Shown here one piece after another: positions 25,045 through 37,775 of a stretch of DNA of 64,000 nucleotides. The notes below the pieces were generated by a model. The model ran no database searches and was not told the DNA's origin. It worked only from the letters and a program-made list of their open reading frames with translations. Numbering within the stretch: the stretch's first letter is position 1; each line of letters starts with the position of its first letter. Source of the stretch: Squalus acanthias (Eukaryota); the NCBI GenBank assembly GCA_030390025.1, contig CM059432.1:143036001-143100000 (forward strand), read 5' to 3'. The position numbers were made by a program, and so were the translations under genes.

Positions 25045-25435
25045 CTAGCTTGGTTCAGTTAGTAGTGCCTCTGTCTCTTGAGTCAGAAGGTCATGGGTTC
25101 AAGCTGATTTGAGCACAAAATCTGGGCTGTCACTCCCAGTGCAGTACTGAGGGAGTGCTGCACTGTCGGCGGTGTCGTCTTTCGGATGAGACGTTAAACC
25201 GAGGCCCCGTCTGCCAGTTCAGGTGGATGTCAAAGATTCTGTGGCGCTTTTTCAAAGAAGAGTAGGGAGTAATTGGCCAATGTCGTCACAACAGATGATC
25301 TGATCATTAATCTCATCGCTGTTTGTGGGATCTTGCTGTGCACAAATCGGTTGTTGCAAATAACAAAGTCTACCTTCAAAAGGAAGTCATTGGGTGTGAA
25401 GTGCTTTGGGATGTCCTGAAGATGGGAAAGCTCTT
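25045..25435 (+). mobile_element. Deu-domain SINE, diverged
   Basis: Colinear with 23293-23750. Confidence 0.85.
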
Positions 25436-25893
25436 TATTTCATTCTACTGGTTAAAAATGCAGCAAAATAGTGTCTCTTTTTAATTGTGTCCTTCTTAAT
25501 CTTAAATTGTCACGTAGTGACCTTCCATTTTGGGGTGGAGGGGGGCGGGGGTGCTGGCGGTAAGTGGGCTCTCTCTGGGGCTGAGGATCTCAGAGATAAT
25601 ATGCCTGGTGATAGAAGTTGAGAGCCGAGCCAACCCTCTCTTGCAGCCTCAGTAACCCAATATCTGAGCAGGGCAGAACTCTATGGCACTCATTGTTTGG
25701 CCAGTCGGCCTGGCTCACTAATGGGATGGAGTGATGGACCGGTCACTGGGGACTGGGAGTCTTCACATTCGGCTCCAGGTGTGTCTGGACACCAATGTCC
25801 TAAATGGTAGGGTGGTCTTGGCTGGATGAGCAGCGAAAAGCTTATCAATGCTCTGTGTTGGGAGAGGACAAGGCATTGGTTTAGGCCACAGTT

Positions 25894-26508
25894 AGGACCA
25901 TAGGAACAGGAATAGGCCATTCAGCCCCCTCGAGCCTGTTCCGCCATTCAATGAGATCATGGCTGATCTGTATGCACAGTTAGAGTGTTAGAGCCTGTGT
26001 GCAGAAAGAGCATCCCATTACAGAAAGGGCATTAAATCCATCGCGTACAGTGTAGATTCACCAGGATTATGCCAGGGATGAGAAACTATAGTTATGAGGA
26101 GGGACTTGAGATACTGGGACTACTTCCCCTGAATATCAGAAAGCTAAGAGGAGATTTAATAGAGGTTTTCAAAACTATAAAGAGTTTTGATAGAGTGAAT
26201 AGGAAAAAATTGGTTGGGGAGTCAGTGACAATGGGTCATCAATTTAAAATTGTCACTATGAGAGTGAAGAGAGAGGTTAACCTCGTTACACAGAGGGTTG
26301 TTGGAGCAAGGAATGCTTTGGCACAGGGAGTGGCTGAGGCAGGGACCATTGCAGCTTAAGGGACAAGTGGATAAGCATTTGAAGTAGAGGAACATAAAAA
26401 ACCTATGGGGAGAGAGGCGGACAGTGGGATTCATTTTGAATGGGTCAAGCTGGCAGTGAATTGATGGGCCGAATGGCCTCCTTCTGTGCTGTAGGATTCT
26501 ATGGTTCT
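25894..26508. mobile_element. Two CR1 3' fragments (25894-25972 minus; 26050-26508 plus)
   Basis: CR1 tail reverse complement, then MPGMRNYSYEEGLEILGL..LRGDLIEVFK and tail. Confidence 0.8.
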
Positions 26509-27014
26509 TTGGTTTTAGCCGGTGAAACTCCCTCTGTGTACACTTGGGACTCCCTAAGCCTTTACTTTCACAACCTGTGCTTGACCTTTGTGGATTTAGG
26601 TAAGTAGGGTGTATCCCTATTGGTGAGAGTAGACAGCCAGACTCTATGGTCTACATTATCTGAAACCCCACACCACTTGTAGAACCTTGCGTGCGACAAG
26701 CACATATCAGAAGACCCCAGTCATGCTGGCCTCAATCTTCTGCCCATTGATTGCAATGAACGGATAGAATGGTGGACTGAGAAGACCCTCCGATAGTGAC
26801 GGATCTGAGAGAATTTACCTCGATGTGTGCGTAGATTTTTCAGTTGGTTGGGTTGAAGACTTTTAAACATGATGATGGGTTTTGAATGTCCCCTGAACCT
26901 GACTAACCAAAAATAACAATCTTTTTATTCTCATACAAGCGGTTACATAAAGTGATCTGAAGAGTAATGGCAGCAGTGAAGTACAGTGCTGTGTACTGGT
27001 TTCAAGTGAACACA

Positions 27015-28270
27015 CAAGCCCCACTCCAGAGACTTGAGCACAAAATCCAGACTGACATTCACAGAAACATAGACAGATAGAAGATAGGAGCAGGAGCAGG
27101 CCATTCGGCCCCTCGAGCCTGTTCCGCCATTTAATGAGATCATGGCTGATCATCCAAATTCAGTACCTTGTCCCTGCCTTCTCCCCATATCCCTTGATAC
27201 CTTTAGCCTTAAGAAATATATCTAACTCCTTCTTGAATATATTTACTGACTTGGCCTCAACTGCCTTCTGTGGTAGAGAATTCCACAGGTTCACCACTCT
27301 CCGGGTGAAGAAATTCCTCCTCATCTCTGTCCTAAATGGCTTACCCCTTATCTTTAGACTGTGACCTCTTGTTCTGGACTCCCCCGCCATCGGGAACATC
27401 CTTCCTGCATCCAGTCTGTCTAGCCCTGTTAGAATTTTATAAGTTTCAATGAGATTTCCTCTCATTCTTCTAAACTCCAGCGAGTATAAGCCCAATCGAC
27501 CCAATCTCTCCTCGTACGTCATTCCTGCCATCCCAGGTATCAGTCTGGTGAATCTTCGCTGCACACCCTCCATGGCAAGAACATCCTTCCTCAGATAAGG
27601 TGACCAAAACTGCACACAATACTCAAGGTGTGGTCTCACCAAGGCCCTGTACAGCTGCAGCAAGACATCCTTGCTCCTGTACTCAAATCCTCTCGCTACG
27701 AAGGCCAACATACCATTTGCCTTCTTAACCGCCTGCTGCACCTGCATGCTTACCTTCAGCGACTGGTGCACACGGACACCCAGGTCTCGTTGCACTTCCC
27801 CTTCTCCCAATCTATTGCCGTTCAGATAATAATCTGCCTTTCTGTTTTTGCCACCAAAGTGGATAACCTCGCATTTATCCACATTATACTGCATCTGCCA
27901 TGCTTCCCAGTGCAGTACTGAGGGAGTGCTGCACTGTCGAAGGTGTCGTCTTTCGGATGAGATGTTAAACCGCGGTCCCAACTGCCCTCTGACGTAAAAG
28001 ATTCCACGGCACGATTGGAAGAAGAGCAGGGGGCGTTCTCCCCGGAGTCCTGGGGCCAATATTTATCCCTCAACCAACATCACTAAAATGGATTACCTGG
28101 TCATTCATCACATTGTTGTTTGTGGGACCTTGCTGTGCGTAAATTGGCTGCCATGTTTCCTACATTACAACAGTGACTACATTTCAAAAATACTTCATTG
28201 TCTGTGAAGCGATTTGGAACGTCCTGAGGTCATGAAATGTGCTGTATAAATGTAAATTCTCTCTTTCTTT
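27015..28270 (+). mobile_element. Deu-domain SINE split (27015-27060; 27904-28270) by a CR1 insertion
   Basis: CCCACTCCAGAGACTTGAGCACAAAATCCAGACTGACATTC resumes as TTCCCAGTGCAGTACTGAGGGAG after the CR1. Confidence 0.85.
27063..27903 (-). mobile_element. Young 5'-truncated CR1 LINE, open ORF2 C-terminus
   Basis: WQMQYNVDKCEVIHFG..LVRPHLEYCVQFWSP..FFTRRVVNLWNSLP; CR1 tail. Confidence 0.95.
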
Positions 28271-29196
28271 ATTTCTTTAGCGAAATGAACACTTTGAAAT
28301 GGCATTCAGTTGCTTTCACCTTTCCCTAACCCCGTTTCCCTGTATACCTGCAGAGATTCTAAAGCAACCCTGGGGAGATAGTTAAAGGATTCTTTAGTAT
28401 GGGTAGCAATGTGTTGATCTTGGAGTTTCCAGTGCGCATTTGTTAGTAAAACAAATAGCTATGTGCATCTTTCATTTCTTAATTTGAGAACCAAAGCAGA
28501 TAAAGAAAAATGGATCAATTCTTCCTTTTCACAAATTAATTCTGATAAACAGACTATAGTTGTTTTTTCCACCTGCGCATTTAATTTCTGTCCAGAATTC
28601 TACATAATTAAGTCATTTTCTTGATGAATGTGTCTCAAACACAGGCATGAAGGGAATTCAGTCCTACGTTATAAATGGCTGCCTTTTAAAAAAAGGGCCA
28701 CGATTACTTTAATGATTAATTCCAATGATTAGTTGGCAAATAAAGGCTTCTAAGTAATGAATTAAAAAAGTCACCTGACCATTGTTCCCCTGGTGACCTG
28801 TGACGAGCAGAAGGGATGGACTCAAATAGCACTGAGTATTAATAACTTGACAGCTAATTTTACAGCAGTCCGTCAAATCAAACAGAATAGATCATGAGCA
28901 CAATCATCACATTTCTCAGTGCAAAAAATGGCACGCTTTATATCTGCCAAGAATTTCGACTTTTAAGAAATCTGTGGTCTTCACGATGTGCCCTGGAATA
29001 GTCCTCACTCAAAAATCTTCACTCTTTATCACATAAGGCATTTCCACCTCCTAGGTGTACGTGTAATAGTTTGCGATTTTCTTACTCCTACGAGCCAATT
29101 AACTTATCCCTACTAATAACAACTTACTGTTACTTGTGGGAATATCATGTCTCATTTCTGGCATTTGTCAACTGCTCTCTCTATACATGGATGTTT

Positions 29197-29805
29197 TTCA
29201 GCTGTCAGCCCATCTGCTGCTTTTGTTACCTCCAGACTGGACTATTCCAACGCACTCCTGGCTGGCCTCCCACCTTGCACCCTCTGTAAACTTGAGCCCA
29301 TCTCTGCTGCCCGTGTCCTAACTCGCACCAAGTCCCGTTCACCCATCACCTCCTGTGCTCGCTGACCTGCATTGGCTCCCGGTCCGACAACGCCTCAATT
29401 TTAAAATTCTCATCCTTGTCTTCAAATCCCTCCATGGCCTCACCCCTGCCTACCTCTGTAACTTCCTCCAGCCCCTATAACCCTTCCCTGATCTCTGCGC
29501 TCCTCCAATTCTGGCCTCTTGCGCATCCCTGATTTCCATCGCTCCACCATTGGTGGCCGTGCCTTCAGCTGCCTAGGCCCTAAGCTCTGGAATACCCACT
29601 GCCCCCAAACTCTCCACCTCTCTACCTCTCTCTCCTTCTTTAAGACGCTCCTTAAAATCTACCTCTTTGACCAAGCTTTTGGTGACCTGTCCTGATATCT
29701 CTTTATGTGGCTCGATGTCAAATTTTGTTTGATAATCGCTCCTGCGAAGCGTCTTGGGATATTTTACTATGTCAAAGGTGCTATATAAATGCTAGTTGTT
29801 GTTAT
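29197..29805 (+). mobile_element. L2 LINE 3' ~600 bp
   Basis: AFVTSRLDYSNALLAGLP..AARVLTRTKSRSPIT; tail TATATAAATGCTAGTTGTTGTT. Confidence 0.92.
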
Positions 29806-29967
29806 TGTTATCTCCTGTGGGGTTTTTTGCATTAATGTAATGTGGCAACTTTCCATCAGTTGTCCTTTCTTGTTGTCCTGACCAGATTCACCGTTACCAT
29901 ATGGTTTTGGCGCAAACTCCTCGAGCTGGCAGCGCAGGTGAACACCTGTAGTTTCCCATGTACTGGG

Positions 29968-32120
29968 ACACCATGACACCATGCCATCTGTGACACCTGT
30001 GACACTGTGACACCTGTGACATCTGTAACACCGTGAGACCTGTGACATCTGTAACACCGTGAGACCTGTGACATCTGTAACACCGTGAGACCTGTGACAT
30101 CTGTAACACCGTGAGACCTGTGACACCTGTGACAATGTGACTCTGACACTGTGACAATGTGACTCTGACACTATGACACTGTGACAATGTGACTCTGACA
30201 CTGTGACAATGTGACAATGTGACTCTGACACTGTGACACTGTGACAATGTGACTCTGACACTGTGACAATGTGACTCTGACACTATGACACTGTGACAAT
30301 GTGACTCTGACACTATGACACTGTGACAATGTGACTCTGACACTGTGACAATGTGACAATGTGACTCTGACACTGTGACACTGTGACAATGTGACTCTGA
30401 CACTGTGACAATGTGACTCTGACACTATGACACTGTGACAATGTGACTCTGACACTATGACACTGTGACAATGTGACTCTGACACTATGACACTGTGACA
30501 ATGTGACTCTGACACTGTGACAATGTGACTCTGACACTATGACACTGTGACAATGTGACTCTGACACTGTGACAATGTGACTCTGACACTATGACACTGT
30601 GACAACGTGACTCTGACACTGTGACAATGTGACTCTGACACTGTGACAATGTGACTCTGACACTATGACACTGTGACAATGTGACTCTGACACTATGACA
30701 CTGTGACAATGTGACTCTGACACTATGACACTGTGACAATGTGACTATGACACTGTGACAATGTGACTCTGACACTATGACACTGTGACAATGTGACTCT
30801 GACACTATGACACTGTGACAATGTGACTCTGACACAGTGACAATGTGACAATGTGACTCTGACACAGTGACAATGTGACTCTGACACTGTGACAATGTGA
30901 CTCTGACACTATGACACTGTGACAATGTGACTCTGACACTATGACACTGTGACAATGTGACTCTGACACTATGACACTGTGACAATGTGACTCTGACACT
31001 ATGACACTGTGACAATGTGACTCTGACACTATGACACTGTGACAATGTGACTCTGACACTATGACACTGTGACATTGTGACTATGACACTGTGACAATGT
31101 GACTCTGACACTATGACACTGTGACAATGTGACTCTGACACTATGACACTGTGACAATGTGACTCTGACACTATGACACTGTGACAATGTGACTCTGACA
31201 CAGTGACAATGTGACAATGTGACTCTGACACAGTGACAATGTGACTCTGACACTATGACACAGTGACAATGTGACTCTGACACTATGACACTGTGACAAT
31301 GTGACTCTGACACTATGACACTGTGACAATGTGACTCTGACACAGTGACAATGTGACTCTGACACAGTGACAATGTGACAATGTGACTCTGACACTGTGA
31401 CAATGTGACTCTGACACTATGACACTGTGACAATGTGACTCTGACACAGTGACAATGTGACAATGTGACTCTGACACAGTGACAATGTGACTCTGACACT
31501 ATGACACTGTGACAATGTGACTCTGACACTATGACACTGTGACAATGTGACTCTGACACTATGACACTGTGACAATGTGACTCTGACACAGTGACAATGT
31601 GACTCTGACACTGTGACAATGTGACTCTGACACAGTGACAATGTGACTCTGACACTATGACACTGTGACAATGTGACTCTGACACAGTGACAATGTGACT
31701 CTGACACTGTGACAATGTGACTCTGACACAGTGACAATGTGACTCTGACACTATGACACTGTGACAATGTGACTCTGACACAGTGACAATGTAACTCTGA
31801 CACTATGACACTGTGACAATGTGACTCTGACACAGTGACAATGTGACTCTGACACTATGACACTGTGACAATGTGACTCTGACACTGTGACAATGTGACT
31901 CTGACACTATGACACTGTGACAATGTGACTCTGACACTATGACACTATGACACTGTGACTCTGACATTATGACACTGTGACAATGTGACTATGAGTATTG
32001 ACACTGTGACAATGTGACTCTGACACTCTGACACAGTGACAATGTGACTCTGACAGTATTGACACTGTGACACAAGTGACACCTGTTACACCTGTGACAC
32101 TGTGACACCTGTGACACCTC
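29968..32120. repeat. Compound minisatellite built from TGACA-core 6/8-mers (22-, 26- and 30-bp units)
   Basis: Units CTGTGACAATGTGACTCTGACA (22), plus CTATGACA (30), and CCTGTGACATCTGTAACACCGTGAGA (26, about 4 copies at the left edge). Confidence 0.96.
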
Positions 32121-32149
32121 TGCCACTTTGTGGCACAGAAACGAGATCC

Positions 32150-32308
32150 AAGCCCAGATTTTAACCGATTTCGGGTTGTACGCCCGTTTTACACCCCGCC
32201 CAATTTTACGCTCTCTTGACTTCAATGGAGCATAAAATCAGACGGTGAGGTAAAATCCGACCCGAACCTGCCCCATTCCCACCGAGCGGATTAGGTTTAA
32301 ATAGGGGC
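32150..32308. mobile_element. Short palindromic MITE (relative of 18690-18843)
   Basis: CGCCCGTTTTACACCCCGCCCAATTTTACGCTCTCTTGACTTCAATGGAGCATAAAAT hairpin centre. Confidence 0.65.
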
Positions 32309-33279
32309 ACTACTCCCCACAGATCAAACTCCAGCAGAATCCCTTATCAAGCAGCCTCGTGGAAAAATGGTACAGGGCAAGCCAGCGGGTGAAGTGGTGC
32401 CCTCTCTGCGGACTTGAATCTATCACCATTGTGGCTGAGAATGAGGGGCTCAGATAGGTGTGCTGCTCAGCTGGTGCACTCTATGGTAATTAGTCATTTT
32501 TGCTGTTACCTCACACGTCAGTGCTCTAATTGCATGAAAACATTACTGCCTTCCTTATCCTTCAGCATCTCCACTGGGATATCAGAAGCCTATTCCAGAG
32601 CATGAGTAATCTTGCCCCGCAGAACAAGGTGGTAAGCAGACTGCCTTGTCATTGCAAGGCTTGTGTTTTTTTATTGGCTTTGAGCAATGGTCCATTATCA
32701 ACTCCTGGTTATAGCGTTGCGATCCGCTGTGTGCTTTGACCTTTCTCAAAATATATTAGCCGACAGGAACGCTTTAAGATTAAATCTGGCCATCTGTCAG
32801 AGAAAGCATTGGACTGGTAATTGTGAGAAGCATTCATTTTCAGCAGAAGCTTTCTCCCCTGGGATTAGTCCAGTGCTCAACTGATTTCCGTGTATCCGTA
32901 TGCAATCTTTAATCCCTCGCGTCCTGTCTGGGAAGAGTATTGGTTCCTGTCTCTTAAAGTAACGAGGTTTTACCCCCTTAGTGTTTTATCAACGGAAATG
33001 CCATAAAAAAGAATACAAGAAATGAACATTCTGTGAAGTGTACATAAACGTAGATCGAGGGGGATGAAGCAGAATAATTTCTAGACACAGTTACTCCCCT
33101 AAATGCTCTGACATGACACAATCTATCATGCGTTTATGATATGCATTATTTAACGCTCTTCACTAATGGGAAGCCCACAGATATCATCCCTCTGTAACAC
33201 CGTCTCTACAATTCACACTTTACCTGGCTGCAAAAAACAGAGAGAGAGCCCACTACAGTTCAAATATAAATGCAGTGGA

Positions 33280-33680
33280 TGGAGTAAATATACAAGAGAC
33301 TGCACAGCAAGACTCCACGGCGGTGAATTGCCTTGGCGTGCAGTGACTGTGGATATGTATGCAAATGAGGCAGTTGTTTTGCATCCACCGAGATCCCATG
33401 AGCAGCCATGCGACGAATGGCGAGTGAATCTGTTTTTAGTGGTGTTAGTTGAGTGCAGGATTTGGCCCAGGACACCGGCAGAACTCCCAGTACTTCTTTG
33501 AATGAAGGCGTATGGTCTTTACCCGTCAGGACCCCCTGACAGAGCCTCAGTTTAATGCCTGAAGGACAGCATCTCTTGCGATGTAGCACTCCCTCAGTCC
33601 TGCACTGAAGTCTCACCCTGGATGTTCAGGTCTCCTGGAGTGGGGCTTGAACCCACAACCTGCTGTGCTGTGCTACCCAC
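33280..33680 (-). mobile_element. Decayed Deu-domain SINE
   Basis: GGCCCAGGACACCGGCAGAACTCCC..AGCACTCCCTCAGT..GGAGTGGGGCTTGAACCCACAACC. Confidence 0.8.
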
Positions 33681-33851
33681 TCTAAAGAAACAGAATTAAC
33701 CCAAACTTACATTAGTTAACCCAAACCTTACATTAGTTAGCTCAAATCGTCAAGTGGATTGTCAAGTCAGTAACACTAAAGTAACAATCAAGTTGTTCAG
33801 AGCAGGCGACAGGCTCACTACTTATTATTTCCAGGGGATGGTGAAACTAAT

Positions 33852-34350
33852 GGGGTAGAAATTGACTTGTGTTATATCTCTTTTTCAGGCACACAGCAGG
33901 AGCAAAACTCACCAAGTCAGGAGCAGGACAGAGTGCAGCCAATCTGCTAAACTCGTGGATCCTTTTTATTTTAGGCATCTGCTCCTTTAACAGGCGTCGG
34001 GCCCCTTAAATATGTCAATTAGTGGCCCAACACCTGTTGAAAGACCCCCATCCAGAAAATAGTCGGTGATGTGCGGAGCAGGCCTGACACAGAAGTGCTC
34101 CCTCCCGACTTTACAGGAGTTACGATCAGCCCCCACCTCCCCGCCACCACTCCCCCCCCCCACACCACATCCCGTGTAGCCCACTTCACTCTCCCCTCCT
34201 GGGACTTACCCGAGGGCCGTGGCCAGCGAGGGGGGGCAGGTGGCCTGGCACTGAGCTCTCCGCTCGGGTCGAGCTGCCTGTGGAGGCGTGACCAGTGCCA
34301 GCGGCTCGACCCGAGGTTGTGAACGAGGCAGCGAAGACCAATTTCAATTG
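33852..34350. mobile_element. Probable Harbinger-type MITE remnant
   Basis: Starts GGGGTAGAAATTG like other GGG-TIR elements here; GC-rich interior; right end poorly defined. Confidence 0.45.
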
Positions 34351-34376
34351 ACTCAAATCCTGAGTCTGTAGTCAAG

Positions 34377-35169
34377 GAAAGAAAGAAAGACCTTGCATTT
34401 CAGTAGCGCCTTTCACAACCTCAGGACGTCTCAAAGCGCTTTACAGCCAATGAACCGGGTACGGCAGCGCAGTGGCTATGGTACTGGACTAGTAATCCAG
34501 CAGGCCTGAACTAATGATCTGGAGACATGAATTCAAATCACCACCACTATGGCAGCTGATTAATTGAATTCAGTTAATCAAATAAATCTGGAATAAAAAG
34601 CTAATACCAGTAATGGTGACCATGAACTACCAGATTGTTGTAAAAACCCATTTGGTTCACTAATGTCCTTTAGAGAAGGAAATCTGCTGCCCTTACCTGC
34701 TCTGGCCTATATGTGACTCCAGACCCACAGCAATCTGGTTGAATCTTAACTGTCCTCTGAAATAGCCCAGCAAGACACTCAGTTGTACCAAACTGCTACA
34801 AAGAAGACAGACTGCAGCGGTTCAAGAGGTGGCTCACCACCACCTTCTCCAGGGCAATTAGGGATGGGCAATAAATGCTGGCCTTGCCAGCAACTCCCAT
34901 GAACAAAAAACAAAGTGCTTTTAAAGTGTAGTCACTGTTGTAATGTAGGAAATGCGGCAGCTAATTTGCGCACAGCAAGCTCCCACAAACAGCAGATTAT
35001 CTGTTTTAGTGTTGCTGGCTGAGGGATAAATATTGGTCTGGGACTTTGGGGAAAATTCCCTGCTCTCCTTTGAATAGTGCCGTGGGAACTTTTACGTCCA
35101 CCTGAGAGGGCAGACAAGGTAAGTCTCATCCGAAAGACGGCACCTGCGACAGTGCAGCACTCCCTCAGT
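34377..35169 (-). mobile_element. Deu-domain SINE split (34377-34455; 34913-35169) by SINE family B
   Basis: ..TTTACAGCCAATGAA resumes as AGTGCTTTTAAAGTGTAGTCACTG. Confidence 0.85.
34456..34912 (+). mobile_element. Full-length tRNA-headed SINE family B with LINE-X tail
   Basis: Head GGGTACGGCAGCGCAGTGG; core shared with 22697-22976; last ~100 nt match the LINE-X 3' end. Confidence 0.88.
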
Positions 35170-35929
35170 TGGGGAGGGGGACAGAATCTGTGCAGCAATT
35201 AGTGCCGACTTGCATGAACATTCCCCTGGGATCTCCTCATCAATTCCAATGGTCCTTGGACATGCTATAAAAAATTGCGACACAGATTAATAACAAATGA
35301 ATTGCACTTGAGCACAGTCGTGACATGGCAACTGTGCGAGCTATGAATGAGAAAAGAAAATTAAATCCAATACATTTCTGTCTGTCCTTTAGAGAAATGC
35401 CACATGCTCCCTTTGGAATAAATTAATCCAAATCTTGTACATATTGAAAAATGGTGCTCTGTAATTATCTACTGACCTGAATATTGCATTGAATTTTGTT
35501 GTAATTATCTCTATCTTTTAGATGTAGTTTTTATTACTAATAAAGCCAGACAAAGTATCCATCTGTTAAGCTACATTATATTATATGATGTGTTTTATTG
35601 ACTCAAAACAATGATGGTGCGTACCCGCTATTCATCTTGAAATTCTATTCTGTAATTACTTTTGATGTAATTTTCTGTGGGCACAGAGCACACGATCTTT
35701 AATCTAATTTGTACTTGTTCATTGATGATGATATTATATTTATTCGTACCAGAAAATCTGGTGAGCTTGATACATTTTCATCTCAAAACTCATTAAGTGC
35801 CCTCTCCGTACCTTCCCTTGTAACCTGTTCATCTACCAGTTACGGCATCAAGCCCCTTTGATCCTTCTCTCCCGCCTCACTGGGGTCTTTGAGCTGAGCG
35901 CACTCTCTGACAGTGCCACTGGGCATTTC

Positions 35930-36463
35930 CTGATTACATTATAAAATAATGAAAGGGCTGCGATAGTGTGCCTAATGACAGATTATTCCAGTTTGGTCGG
36001 GGAGGACCAGGGGACACGTGCTTTAACTGTGTAAGAGTGGGAATAGACTGATTGTTGGGCAGGTCCTTCTTTCCCCAGAGAGTAGGGGGCCTCTGGAATG
36101 CGTTGTTGGCTGGTGCGATGGGTGCTGACTCTCGGCCTTCAAGGGGGAGCTGGACCGGTCCTTGACTGGGGCAGAATTCGCATCATATAGAAGGTAATAT
36201 TAACAGATAAGGTACGCACGGTCCGTGTGATCTCCTGGACTGGTTTCCATCACCTGAGGGTGTCGGAGCGGAATTCTCCCGAGTATTTCTTTCCCTTGCT
36301 GCCCTGTTTTGCCTCTCCCGGGAGATTACGGGAGAGGCTGTGGGGGGAGGGGGTTGGTGGGGTTGGAGGGTAGAAGTGTTTTGTCACGGTGCTCTGGCCA
36401 CCACGGTATGGGACGGGCTTGAAGGACACAGCTGGTCTTTTCCTGCCCGCCAATTCCGTACGG
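35930..36463 (+). mobile_element. Ancient CR1-type 3' end with a longer 3' UTR
   Basis: AGGACCAGGGGACAC (RTRGH), TTCTTTCCCCAGAGAGTAGGGGGCCTCTGGAATGCGTTG (FFPQRVGGLWNAL), CR1-like terminal GGGCTTGAAGGAC..TGGTCTTTTCCTGCCC. Confidence 0.65.
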
Positions 36464-36957
36464 TAGTAACCCTGTGATCGCAGAAAGATTTTTACACCCC
36501 TTTAAAAAGGCCACCTCATTTCTTTCGTGTAACGTCTTCAAAAACTGGCATTCTGCATATTTCCGTTCTGAATATTGCACACCAGAGTGAAATAAATTGG
36601 GAGAGACCTGTTTACCCATCGAGTGGTTGAGGCGAATAGCATTTCACAGGAAGCTGGAGAAACACATGAGGGAGAAAGGAGAAGAAGGATATGCTGGAAG
36701 GGTGAGGTGAAGTAAGGTGGGAGGAGGCTGGTGTGGAGTGTAAAGCATGTTAAAGCATGGATCAGTTGGGCCGAATGGCCTGTCTCTGTGCTGTAAATTC
36801 TATGTAAATACAGAGAGGTGAAGAATATTTATTTTTCCATTAATACCCTCAGGACAAAATAAGGAGAGAACTGCTACCATTGGCTTCACCAGGTTGTGTC
36901 ACACACTCACATGTTTGCACGTGGTGAGCGAGGGGGTTCGAACCCCAGATTATTTTC

Positions 36958-37550
36958 GTGAGGTTGGGAAACGTTGATGTACAGAGGGACCTGGGTGTCC
37001 TTGTACACCAGTCACTGAAAGCAAACATACAGGTGCAGCAAGCAGTTAGGAAGGCAAATGGTATGTTGGCCTTCATTGCAAGAGGATTTGAGTATAAGAG
37101 TAAAGACGTCTTACTACAGTTATACAGGGCCTTGGTGAGACCACACCTGGAGAACTGTGTGCAGTTTTGGCCTCCTTACCTAAGGAAGGATATACTTGCC
37201 ATAGAGGGAGTGCAGCGAAGGTTCACCAGACTGATTCCTGGGATGGCAGGACTGTTGTATGAGGAGTGATTGGGTCGACTAGGCCTGTATTCATTAGAGT
37301 TTAGAAGAATGAGAGGGGATCTCATTGAAACGTATAAAATTCTGACAGGGCTAGACAGACTGGATGCAGGGAGGATGTTTAAGAAGGAGATAGATAGATT
37401 TCTAGACACAAGGCATCAAGGGGTATGGGGAGAGAGCGGGAATATGGTATTGAGATGGAGGATCAGCCATGATCATATTGAATGGCGGAGCAGGCTCGAA
37501 GGGCCAAATGGCCTACTCCTGCTCCTATTTTCTATGTTTCTATGTTTCTA
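36958..37550 (+). mobile_element. CR1 fragment with internal deletion
   Basis: VQRDLGVLVHQSLK..RRMRGDLIETYKILTGLDRLDAGRMF joined directly to KKEIDRFL; tail (CTATGTTT)n. Confidence 0.92.
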
Positions 37551-37775
37551 GGTCACTGACAGGAGGGTATAATTACAGTCTGATAAGTTGACATAGGCAG
37601 TTTCCATTATAAATGTGGACATAGGAACTTATAATGGAAATATAAAAATACGAATGTCTGACTGTAAAATGGGGTCTAACTTATATCACACTCCCATCCT
37701 TTAAGCCTCTTTCACTTGAATACTGCACCTGGTCCTGAATTATTTTTATTTGACTGTATCTTTGAAGTTCCTCTC

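Noticed and set aside
27160..28059. 299-aa ORF as a host gene
   Set aside because: Antisense SINE fused to a CR1 ORF2 fragment
29767..31833. His/Cys-rich SESHCH ORFs resembling metal-binding proteins
   Set aside because: Minisatellite translations, overlapping in several frames and broken by repeat-encoded stops
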